From the NCBI GenBank assembly GCA_965204795.1, contig OZ242012.1, positions 355,861 to 419,860 of the forward strand: a DNA stretch of 64,000 nt, given 5' to 3'. Source of the stretch: Thermodesulfobacteriota bacterium. Lineage in GTDB: Bacteria; Desulfobacterota_D; UBA1144; Nemesobacterales; Nemesobacteraceae. Shown piece by piece: positions 47,334 through 56,106 of the stretch (its first letter is position 1; each line of letters begins with the position of its first letter). The notes beneath the pieces are model-generated. The model ran no database searches. It saw only the letters and a list, made by a program, of their open reading frames with translations, and was not told where the DNA came from. The position numbers and the translations under genes are program-made.

Positions 47334-48976
47334 CTTGTTTCCCTCCCCCGAAAGGACACGGCGAGGAAAAAGGCGGAGGTGAGAGCGTACCCGGCCGCCC
47401 ACTTCGCCCCGGCGGCGAACCCCGGGGAGTAGACGAGCGTTCCTTCCGGCGAAAAGCCCCCGGCGTGAATCAGGCCGAAAAACGCCATCGCCGCCCCCGC
47501 GGCCATCCACGCCGCGGCCCGGGCGAACCTGCGCTCCACCAGGCACACGGCCGTCGCCGCCCAGACGATGGAAGAGAGCATGAATCCCTGGGACAGGGCC
47601 GCGAGTCCCGGAAGCTGAAGCCCCGCCGCGACGAACGCCCCGGGATTTTCGAACGCCCGGGCCGCGGCGGAAAAGTCCCCCGCCGCGCCCGCCAGTACCG
47701 CGGCCGTCTGGGAGACCAGAAGCGTCGCCCACGCCGCGAGCGCGGGCATGAATCCGAGAGCCACGGCCGGGGCGTGGGCGCGGGGAGTGCTCTGAAACGC
47801 CTGGGCCGCCATGACGAGTCCTATCCAGACCAGTATGATTCCCGCCGCCTCCACGGGCACCAGGGCCGCCACCAGCGACCCCAGACCGAGAACCGAGACC
47901 GCGGTGTAGAAAACCCCGTTTATGACCGAGTATCCTCCCCTGGCGCCCATCTCCTTCCACCCGGGATGGCCTATGTAGATGGTCGTCGGAAAGCACGACC
48001 CGAAAAGCGACGCGGCCACGGACCCGACGCCGTTTGCGGCCAGGCACCGCCCCGTGGGGTAGGAGTCTCCCGCGGCCTCGGCCGACTCTATGTTCTGCAG
48101 GGAGCCCAGGATGTTGAAAAGCCCCATGGGAAGCACGACGGGAATCAGCGCGGAGCGCACCACGGGGTCGGAAAGACCGGCCACGAGGTCGCCCACGACG
48201 GGCACGGGAACGTGGAAGCCGAGGTCTACCGCCGCTTCGGACACCGCCCCCGCCGAGACGGAAGTCGCCGACTCCGCCCCCGCGGCGCAGAGCGCCCACG
48301 CCGCCGCCGTGCCGAGAGCGAGGGCGAGACCCACGCCCGGGATTCCGAACGGAAGCCGCGTCCTGGAGAGCAGGGCGAAAAGGAGCACCCCGAAGGAAAA
48401 CAGCGCCACGAGCGGATAGGCGAAGCATCTCGCGGCGAAGTCCATGCAGAGAAACACCATGGCTATTCCCGCGAGCGACGCGAGAAGGGCGGCGCGGGGA
48501 GTGGCCTTTCTCACTCTCTCCGCGACCGCCGACCCCAGAAGTTCCATCGCGCCGGACACGAAGCACGCGGCCACTCCCGCCCTCCACGCCACGGTCGCCG
48601 CCTGCTCTTCGTCGAGCCCGCTTTCAAGCGCCAGAAGCTTAGCGGGCAGCATGACCAGAAAGATGAACGCGAACATCGAAATCGTGTTTATCCCGTACGG
48701 AAGCGCCGTCACGTCCTTTCTTCCCGTCTCGGCGGACAGCTTCTGGGCAAGCCACGCGTAGTAGAGATTTCCGATCAGGAGGGACACGGCCACGGCGGGC
48801 AGCACGGAGGAGATTACGGACTCTCTCGGCATTCCTATCAGGCCGGTCAGCAGTATCACGATTATCAGGAACTGGACGAGGTTGTCCACCATGAGGCAGA
48901 AAAAGCCCTCGGTGTCCGAGAGGGAGAAAAGCGGCTGCGCTCCCGCGGGAAAAATGGAAAAAGACGTCCTGTTCAT
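47330..48976 (-). CDS. NCS2/xanthine-uracil-type permease-like membrane transporter
   Basis: 548 aa polytopic protein with DNLVQ, ALPYGINT, NIESAEAAGD and PTTIYIGHPGWK. Confidence 0.75.
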   Translation of the reverse strand: MNRTSFSIFPAGAQPLFSLSDTEGFFCLMVDNLVQFLIIVILLTGLIGMPRESVISSVLPAVAVSLLIGNLYYAWLAQKLSAETGRKDVTALPYGINTISMFAFIFLVMLPAKLLALESGLDEEQAATVAWRAGVAACFVSGAMELLGSAVAERVRKATPRAALLASLAGIAMVFLCMDFAARCFAYPLVALFSFGVLLFALLSRTRLPFGIPGVGLALALGTAAAWALCAAGAESATSVSAGAVSEAAVDLGFHVPVPVVGDLVAGLSDPVVRSALIPVVLPMGLFNILGSLQNIESAEAAGDSYPTGRCLAANGVGSVAASLFGSCFPTTIYIGHPGWKEMGARGGYSVINGVFYTAVSVLGLGSLVAALVPVEAAGIILVWIGLVMAAQAFQSTPRAHAPAVALGFMPALAAWATLLVSQTAAVLAGAAGDFSAAARAFENPGAFVAAGLQLPGLAALSQGFMLSSIVWAATAVCLVERRFARAAAWMAAGAAMAFFGLIHAGGFSPEGTLVYSPGFAAGAKWAAGYALTSAFFLAVSFRGRETS

Positions 48977-49064
48977 CCTTGATCCGGAAAAGGGGTCCTA
49001 GGACCCCACCTTGCTCGCAAGAAACCTCTTCGCTCCGTCTCTGAAAACAAAAGCCCGCCCGTCT

Positions 49065-50405
49065 CTATCCGGCGATCACCGTCGCTTCCCGCTGTTCGGC
49101 GTTGTTTTCAAGCCTGATGAGCGTTTCGTTCTCGGCCAGCCGATACCGGGGCGAAGGAAGCCCCAGCGCCGTCATTTCCTCCAGCATCTGTTTCGTGCCT
49201 TCGCTTATCGCCTGGATATAGGCGATGCCGCCGGGATCTCTCATGAGCTTCAGCCATTCGAGCAGCTTCGCGTTTCTCGGCATCGAGTCGAGCGCGGTGT
49301 CGGAAAGCGAAAACTCCTCCGGCAGGTCCCTGTCCCGCTGAAGCATCCGCCCCGGATTTTTCACGATAAACGCGTCCGAGTAAAGCTCGCACTCGATTGG
49401 AAGACCGGTGCGGTAGTCGCGGTGAGCGACCGCGTTCACCAGGGCCTCGTCTATCACCGTCCGGGGAAATTCCGGTTCTTCGATGAACCCTCCGCCGCAC
49501 TTTCTTCTCTGGTATTTTTTGAAGAAGGCCGATTCCGCGAAGAAAGTCCTCGCCTCCCGGATCTGTTTCGTAAGCGGGCCCGTAAACTTTCGGTCGAAAG
49601 TCGGAAGCCTCCGTTTCCCGGCCGACCCGAAGGCGACCCCGAATCGGAGTACGCGGATATAGGACGCCGCCAGAACCCGTTGAGGGTTCGATCCGAAAAA
49701 CAGCAGGCCGGCGTTGGTAAAGCCGTATTTGCCGTCTTTCCTGACGATGGCTCCCGCTTCGTAAAGAAGCCTTTCGTCGTCGAATCCGCCCGTCGAATCG
49801 GGGTGGAACACTTTTCTGAATTCCGCCACAATGTCTTCGTCGAGGTCGTCGTCGTAAAACGGGCAGCAGAAAGCGGTCTCAAAATCCAGCAGATTTTTCC
49901 CGACCCTGATCCGGTCTCGTATTTCCTGCGTCATCGGAACGCTCTGATGTCCTCTCCGGATCCATGCTCTGGGTATCCGCTCCGGCGTCTCGCAGACGCC
50001 GTTTTCGGCGTAGGGCGCGAAGATCAGGCAGATGTCCCTGCCGTTGCCGGAAGGGTCCCTGTTTTCATGTATCTTCGCTTCCGCCGCCTGATGGTAGAGA
50101 AGCGACGCGAAGTCCGTCAGACTGTTTCTTTGTTCCTCGGAAAGATGATTTACGCCCGTCACGGTTCCGTCGGAAGCGATTCCGAGAACTAGCAGTCCGC
50201 CTTCGACGTTGCTGTTGGTGAACGCGGAAATCGTTTCTTTAATCCTGTTTCGTATGTCGTTCAGCGCTCCGCGTCCGACGTTTCCCCGCCCGGCTTCCTT
50301 GCGGTCGAAATGCTGACCTTCGAAACCGTCGTCGGAATCCTGAGTCAGGAAGTCCCAGTAAACGGACGGATTGTCGAAAACTTCTCTGGGAGACGGTCGG
50401 GTCAT
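49065..50405 (-). CDS. AlbA_2 (Schlafen-like) domain plus HATPase_c_4-type domain protein
   Basis: EGQHFDRKE, ISAFTNSNVEGGLLVLGI..DG..TG, and FPRTVIDEALVNAVAHRDY...IVKNPG. Start at ATG 50405. Confidence 0.8.
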   Translation of the reverse strand: MTRPSPREVFDNPSVYWDFLTQDSDDGFEGQHFDRKEAGRGNVGRGALNDIRNRIKETISAFTNSNVEGGLLVLGIASDGTVTGVNHLSEEQRNSLTDFASLLYHQAAEAKIHENRDPSGNGRDICLIFAPYAENGVCETPERIPRAWIRRGHQSVPMTQEIRDRIRVGKNLLDFETAFCCPFYDDDLDEDIVAEFRKVFHPDSTGGFDDERLLYEAGAIVRKDGKYGFTNAGLLFFGSNPQRVLAASYIRVLRFGVAFGSAGKRRLPTFDRKFTGPLTKQIREARTFFAESAFFKKYQRRKCGGGFIEEPEFPRTVIDEALVNAVAHRDYRTGLPIECELYSDAFIVKNPGRMLQRDRDLPEEFSLSDTALDSMPRNAKLLEWLKLMRDPGGIAYIQAISEGTKQMLEEMTALGLPSPRYRLAENETLIRLENNAEQREATVIAG

Positions 50406-50761
50406 TCCAATCCACTGCCTCGCTGCGAAAACGCTCGCGAACTGTCGCGGCGCCCGGACCTTTCGCGGTCGGAAGAATCGGGCCGGAAAAAGTCTAACAC
50501 GGATACGGGGCAAGTCGAAATCGCTCAAATGCCCGCGATGAATCGACAAGTAGCCGCGGTAAATCGCTAATCCGAGCGCTCCGCCGAGGGAAAAACCCGC
50601 TGATGTACAATCCCTTCAAGACTCATGAACAATATGGGCTGATATGTTATTATACTGTTCCGCAGAGCCATGCTTATTACCTCCTGTCCATGTAAAACCA
50701 TCAGAGAAAACGAAGAGCGGAAAGATTCCGATGCGGAAAGGTTGCCTGTCGAGGAGGCGTT

Positions 50762-52528
50762 ATGGGTGTTCTGATTGACACCGTGAGAATCGCGGGTTTT
50801 CGGGGAATTCGGAATGTTGAGATAAGCTTGCCCAGAGTTGCGGTGCTTATCGGTACGAACAACTCGGGGAAGACTTCCGTCATCAAGGCATTGCAGCTTG
50901 CCCTCGGCGATTACTCGCGGTACTTGACCGACGAAGACTTTCATATTGATTCCGCCGATGTTCGGAGCGAAGAGATTGTCGTGGACATTCGCGTCGTATC
51001 CGTTGACAAGAGTGGAGCACGGCTGCCGGACTTTGAAACCGGCTGGGCCCGGGAATTCGGGGATGGGATTAAACCGGAAGCCGACGGGCGATTTCTGGGG
51101 ATTAGAACGGTCGGCAGACCTGACGAGGTCAAGGGTGGTTTTGTGGTTGAACGTTACACCCTGGACGAATGGCCCGAATTTTCGTCCTGGCTCTCGAAGA
51201 ACCCGGTAGATAGGATATACGGTCGATATGAGGCGTTGCCTTTTGTGTCCGTAGAAGCGCAGAGGGATATTCATAAAGAGCTGAGAGACAAGACATCTTT
51301 CGTAGGCAAGATACTGTCCGGCGTCAGGTACGATGAATCCGATGTCGCTGGCCTTGAGGAACTGGTCGCCGAAATCAATCAAGAAGCCGTGGAAAAAAGC
51401 GAGCACCTGAGAGGGTTGAGAAAGCATTTGAACGGTCTGAACCGTTCTTTCGAAGGCACAGGTCAGGCCGAACTGACTCCTTTTCCCAAGAAGATAAGAG
51501 ACCTTTCCAAAAGGTTCAGCGTGCACTTTGGAGAAACGGATGAAAATTCCTTTTCCATGGAGTATCATGGAATGGGCACGCGCAGCTGGGCGTCGATGTT
51601 GACTGTCAAGGCGTTTGCCGACTTGATGGCTGAAAGTTACGGACGGGAAGAAATTCCTTTTTCGCCTGTTCTGGCAGTGGAAGAGCCCGAAGCGCACCTG
51701 CACCCCAACGCCCAGAAGACACTGTATGGACAGATGGTTGACACACTTGGTCAGGTAATAATAAGCACTCACTCGCCACATCTGGCTACGATGGCGTCTC
51801 TTGAGGAAATACGCAGGCTGAACAGGCGGGAAAAGGGCGTAGAAGCTGCGTCTCTTCCGGCCAGCTTGAGTACTGAAGATGTCAATTTGCTCAACCGGAA
51901 AGTAATGATGTCGAGAGGAGATGTGCTTTTCGCAAAAGCGCTGATTTTATTCGAAGGGGAAACTGAGGAGCAGCTCATTCCGGCAATGTTTGAGCAATAT
52001 AATGAGGGTCGTTCCACTTTCGAAAAGGGGGTAACCTGCATAGGCGTAACCGGTCAGCAATACAGACCTTTTGTAATTTTCGGATGCAGTCTCGGCATTC
52101 CCGTCTGTATAATCAGCGACAACGACGGCAACACAAAAACAAAGATAGAATCTCAGGTTGAAAAAATGAGAGAAAAAGATGGACTTGCACTCGATAGAAA
52201 CATTTTTTCCCTCGAGTTCCTGAGTCAAAACAACGATATTGAAACCGAATTGGTTAATGTTCTTCGGATTAGAGAGGAAATCATCGAGGCTTTGGTTTCC
52301 GTGAAAACCGGCGGGAGCGATAATCAGAAGCGTATCGATAGCGCAAAGAAACGAATAAATGCTCTTAGCGAAAAAGGCCTATTAAAGGAAATAAAAAAAC
52401 ACAAAGTTCCTTTTGCAGGCTTCCTGTCGGACGTCATACGCAGAAATCCGAAGCGACGGAAAAAGAGTGAATTGTGTCCTAATGCTGTAAGGAGGACGTT
52501 CAGGAAGGTTGAAGGGTGGGTTGCATAG
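50762..52528 (+). CDS. OLD family ATP-dependent nuclease, Gabija GajA-like, pair 2
   Basis: IAGFRG, GTNNSGKT, HGMGTRS, VEEPEAHLHP, STHSP, and TOPRIM EGETE and SDND. GAGGAGG RBS. Confidence 0.88.
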   Translation: MGVLIDTVRIAGFRGIRNVEISLPRVAVLIGTNNSGKTSVIKALQLALGDYSRYLTDEDFHIDSADVRSEEIVVDIRVVSVDKSGARLPDFETGWAREFGDGIKPEADGRFLGIRTVGRPDEVKGGFVVERYTLDEWPEFSSWLSKNPVDRIYGRYEALPFVSVEAQRDIHKELRDKTSFVGKILSGVRYDESDVAGLEELVAEINQEAVEKSEHLRGLRKHLNGLNRSFEGTGQAELTPFPKKIRDLSKRFSVHFGETDENSFSMEYHGMGTRSWASMLTVKAFADLMAESYGREEIPFSPVLAVEEPEAHLHPNAQKTLYGQMVDTLGQVIISTHSPHLATMASLEEIRRLNRREKGVEAASLPASLSTEDVNLLNRKVMMSRGDVLFAKALILFEGETEEQLIPAMFEQYNEGRSTFEKGVTCIGVTGQQYRPFVIFGCSLGIPVCIISDNDGNTKTKIESQVEKMREKDGLALDRNIFSLEFLSQNNDIETELVNVLRIREEIIEALVSVKTGGSDNQKRIDSAKKRINALSEKGLLKEIKKHKVPFAGFLSDVIRRNPKRRKKSELCPNAVRRTFRKVEGWVA

Positions 52529-54486
52529 TGATCAAGTTATCTCAAAATCAAAGAGAAATTGTCGAGTCGCCGACCGCGAAGTCCATTCAGGTTCTTGCGT
52601 CGGCGGGCTCGGGCAAGACCAGGGTGCTTACCGAGAGGGTGAGGTTCATACTCGAGAACACCAAGAAAGAAGGCGTTATCGCGCTTACTTTCACAAACAA
52701 GGCCGCCGAAGAGATGCGAAGCAGGTTGCTGGATTGCGACAGCTTGAAAGACAGGGCATGGATAGGGACCATACACTCGGTCGCACAGCATATTTTCGAA
52801 CGATACGGTCACACTATAGGCTTGCCCAGAGAACTGCATATTTACGAAAGAGACAGAGACCGTATGGAAGTGTTTCTTCAGTCTCTTCGGGACAACTTGA
52901 CTGATGTAGACGAATATCTTGAAATCAACAATGGCAATGAGAGCGAGAACAGGGAACGTGTTCTGAAAGGTTATATGGACGCGTTTTCAAGCATAAAGAG
53001 AGAATTTTTAACCAGAGAGGACATTGAAGAACGTTTTCCGGAAACGCCGAACTTATGGAAAATGTTCCAGGACTACAAGACCGCGCTGTTAAACAGCGGC
53101 GGTATAGATTACGACGACCTGCTCGTATACGCGCGGGAACTGCTTCTCAAGCATCGCTGGATAGCAGGTGTTTACGGTGCCAGATACAATCATTTATGCG
53201 TTGACGAGGCCCAGGACCTTAATCTGGCTCAATATGAATTTATAAAAGCGTTACGCGGAGATCTGACCGCAAGCGTAATGATGGTCGGCGACCCTAATCA
53301 GATGATTTACGGATTTAACGGGTCCTCGTCGGTTTATCTCTGCGAACATTTCTTAAGGGACTTCTCTCCGGTCAGGTACGAGCTGAAGGAAAATTATCGC
53401 AGTACCAGAGAGATAATAAAAGTCGCCAACAGGCTGAAGCCTAAGACTCAAATGGAGTACGACTTAGCTCTGGACGGAAAATTCGCCGTCAAGTCGTTGC
53501 CCGATGAAACCGAAGAAGCCAAGTGGATAGTTTCTTCGATAAAGAAATTCGTCGGCCGCGAAGATCCAGACATTGAAGGCAGGATTTCTCTCAATCATAT
53601 GGCAGTTATCGCGAGAAACCGTTTCGTATTCTCGAGTCTCGAAAAAGTCCTGAACGAAAATTCGGTTCCTTTCGTACTGGCAAAGGGAGAACGGAATGCC
53701 GCACCCGAATCGCTCTTCGGAAAGATTCTGGACTACGGCATCAGGGTCAAGCTGAATCCCAAAGACTGGGTGGACGGCAGGAAACTGTGCGACCTGCTTG
53801 AGCTTAAGCGTCCTGACGAATGGAAGGACGCAGACATCCTTAAATACTGGGCGGGCAAGATGCCCGGTAAAAACGGTTTTTCAAAGCTTCATTCCGACTT
53901 GCTGGTCTCCATTTACAATATGGATTCGGAGAATCCCAATATCGGAAACTTTGAGAAACTGCTTGAAGGCAAAATGAAAGAGCTGGCCATGGCGGAAACC
54001 GGGGAGAAAAACAAACTCGAGCTGGAAAGGAGCGTGGAGGAGTTGAACGAGTTCGGCAGACGCTGGACCAGATTCAGGCAAAAAGGTCTAGGAAACTCCC
54101 TGCGGTCCTTCAGAAACGCGCTTGCTCTGGGTCAGTTGACCGAAGATATTCAGCCGAATGGACTTACGTTAAGCACGGTTCATTCCATGAAGGGTCTTGA
54201 GAAGGATATCGTATTCATCATGTCCATGTGCGAGGGTGTTTTTCCCGACTACCGTTGCAAGTCGGAAAAGCAGATGGAAGAAGAGCGAAACAACGCGTTT
54301 GTCGCCGTGACTCGGGCCAGGCGCTGGCTGTTTATGACTTATCCGGAAAAACGGACCATGCCTTGGGGAGAACAGAAACATCAGACCGAATCCCTGTTCG
54401 TCAAGGAGATCAGGAAAAAGGAAAGTCGGCCGAGCCGGCCGAAGAAAGCGAGGGAAACCAGACGGGGACTTCAGGTCGTCTCGTGA
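52528..54486 (+). CDS. UvrD/REP helicase, Gabija GajB-like, pair 2
   Basis: ASAGSGKT, TFTNKAA, VDEAQD, VGDPNQMIYGFNG, ENYRS, TVHSMKGLE and EERNNAFVAVTRA. The start overlaps the OLD stop codon (GTG 52528 or 52516). Confidence 0.85.
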   Translation: MIKLSQNQREIVESPTAKSIQVLASAGSGKTRVLTERVRFILENTKKEGVIALTFTNKAAEEMRSRLLDCDSLKDRAWIGTIHSVAQHIFERYGHTIGLPRELHIYERDRDRMEVFLQSLRDNLTDVDEYLEINNGNESENRERVLKGYMDAFSSIKREFLTREDIEERFPETPNLWKMFQDYKTALLNSGGIDYDDLLVYARELLLKHRWIAGVYGARYNHLCVDEAQDLNLAQYEFIKALRGDLTASVMMVGDPNQMIYGFNGSSSVYLCEHFLRDFSPVRYELKENYRSTREIIKVANRLKPKTQMEYDLALDGKFAVKSLPDETEEAKWIVSSIKKFVGREDPDIEGRISLNHMAVIARNRFVFSSLEKVLNENSVPFVLAKGERNAAPESLFGKILDYGIRVKLNPKDWVDGRKLCDLLELKRPDEWKDADILKYWAGKMPGKNGFSKLHSDLLVSIYNMDSENPNIGNFEKLLEGKMKELAMAETGEKNKLELERSVEELNEFGRRWTRFRQKGLGNSLRSFRNALALGQLTEDIQPNGLTLSTVHSMKGLEKDIVFIMSMCEGVFPDYRCKSEKQMEEERNNAFVAVTRARRWLFMTYPEKRTMPWGEQKHQTESLFVKEIRKKESRPSRPKKARETRRGLQVVS

Positions 54487-54550
54487 AACCGCGCGGACAA
54501 TCCGCGCGACATAGAACCGCGATGGAACGAGTATCTGCTTGCTTGAAAAT

Positions 54551-55624
54551 ATGCTGAAGACCCCTTTACATGAAACCCACAAAGAGCTCGGCGCGCGAAT
54601 GGTGGACTTCGCCGGATGGAAGCTTCCCCTTCAGTTCGAGGGAATACGGCGGGAGCACATGGCGGTGAGACGTGCGTGCGGCGTTTTCGACGTGAGCCAC
54701 ATGGGCGAGATAGAGGTTGAGGGTCCGGACGCCGAAGCCTTGTGCCAGAAGCTCAACACGAACGACATGGTGAAGCTTGGCGACGGGCGTGCCCGGTACG
54801 GTTTTTTCTGCTACGAAGACGGAGGGACGGTGGACGACCTGATAACCTACAGGCTCTCGAGGGAGCGTTTCCTTCTCTGCGTGAACGCGTCGAACACGGA
54901 AAAGGTCCTCGGCTGGATGCGGAAAAACGTCGCGGGAGAGGACGCGGACGTGAGGGACGCGAGTTCACGGTACGCCCAGATAGCCGTTCAGGGTCCGGCC
55001 TGCGCCGCGGTCATGGAAGCGGCCCTTCCGGGAGCCGGCGTCGGGGAAATGCCGAGGTTTTCTTTCCTCGTGCTCGAGAGCGGCGGTTTCGAGGCGGTGG
55101 CGGCCAGAACCGGCTACACGGGCGAAGACGGCTTCGAGGTCTTTCTTCCCCCGGCGGCCGCGGAGGGGTTCTGGAAAAAGGCGTGCGGGGGCGGCGGCGT
55201 GCCGTGCGGCCTGGGGGCGCGCGACACGCTTCGCATCGAGGCGGGATACCCGCTTTACGGACACGAGATCGACGAGAGCACGACTCCCGTGGAGGCCGGC
55301 CTGGGAAGATACGTGAAGACGGACAAGGGAGACTTTGTCGGCCGCGCCGCGCTTCTCTCGCAGGTCGAGCGCGGTCCCGCCAGGGAGCTTGTCGGATTCC
55401 GCCTGCTCGAGCGGGGGGTGGCGAGACGGGGCCACGCCGTTACGGAGAACGGAAAAAGAATCGGGGAGGTTACGAGCGGCACCATGTCTCCGGTTCTCGG
55501 GACGGGAGTGGGCATGGCGCTTGTTTCGAGGGGACATGCGGCCCGCGGCGGAGAAGTGAAGATCGAGATACGCGGGCGGGAGAGGAGGGCCGAGGTCTGC
55601 GGCTTTCCGCTTCACAAAACCTGA
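54551..55624 (+). CDS. gcvT: Glycine cleavage system T protein
   Basis: KTPLHETH, FDVSHMGE, ARTGYTGEDGFE and GLGARDTLRIEAG. Confidence 0.97.
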   Translation: MLKTPLHETHKELGARMVDFAGWKLPLQFEGIRREHMAVRRACGVFDVSHMGEIEVEGPDAEALCQKLNTNDMVKLGDGRARYGFFCYEDGGTVDDLITYRLSRERFLLCVNASNTEKVLGWMRKNVAGEDADVRDASSRYAQIAVQGPACAAVMEAALPGAGVGEMPRFSFLVLESGGFEAVAARTGYTGEDGFEVFLPPAAAEGFWKKACGGGGVPCGLGARDTLRIEAGYPLYGHEIDESTTPVEAGLGRYVKTDKGDFVGRAALLSQVERGPARELVGFRLLERGVARRGHAVTENGKRIGEVTSGTMSPVLGTGVGMALVSRGHAARGGEVKIEIRGRERRAEVCGFPLHKT

Positions 55625-55661
55625 ACACTATATTGGAGACATCAAGGAGAACTTTGCAGAG

Positions 55662-56060
55662 ATGAGCATACCGAAGGACCTCAGGTACACGGAGGAGCAC
55701 GAATGGATCAGGTTCGAGGAAGACGGGGCGGTGGTCGGGATCACCGACTACGCCCAGGAATCGCTGGGCGAGATAGTCTACGTCGAGCTTCCGACCGGGG
55801 ACGAGGAACTCACGCGGGGAGACCCGTTCGGCGGGGTCGAGTCCACCAAGGCCGTGTCGGAGCTTTTCGCCCCTATCTCGGGAGAGATAGCGGAAGTCAA
55901 CGACATCCTCGTGGATTCCCCCGAACTTGTGAACGCCGACCCGTACGGTGACGGGTGGATAGTGAAGATACGGACCGAGGAACTTGACCCGGACGAAATG
56001 GAAGGACTTCTCGAGCCCGCCGATTACGAAAAGCTCGTGGAAGCAGGGGAGGGCGGCTGA
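55662..56060 (+). CDS. gcvH: Glycine cleavage system H protein
   Basis: YTEEHEW, GITDYAQESLGEIVYV, VESTKAVS (lipoyl Lys) and NADPYGDGW. Confidence 0.97.
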   Translation: MSIPKDLRYTEEHEWIRFEEDGAVVGITDYAQESLGEIVYVELPTGDEELTRGDPFGGVESTKAVSELFAPISGEIAEVNDILVDSPELVNADPYGDGWIVKIRTEELDPDEMEGLLEPADYEKLVEAGEGG

Positions 56061-56106
56061 CGCGTTTTCGCCGTCCGTGCCCCGGCGGTTTTTTCTGGAG
56101 ACCTGA

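Noticed and set aside
54487-54550. Glycine riboswitch upstream of gcvT
   Set aside because: Only about 64 nt of intergenic space with one GC hairpin (54490-54508) and no aptamer consensus.
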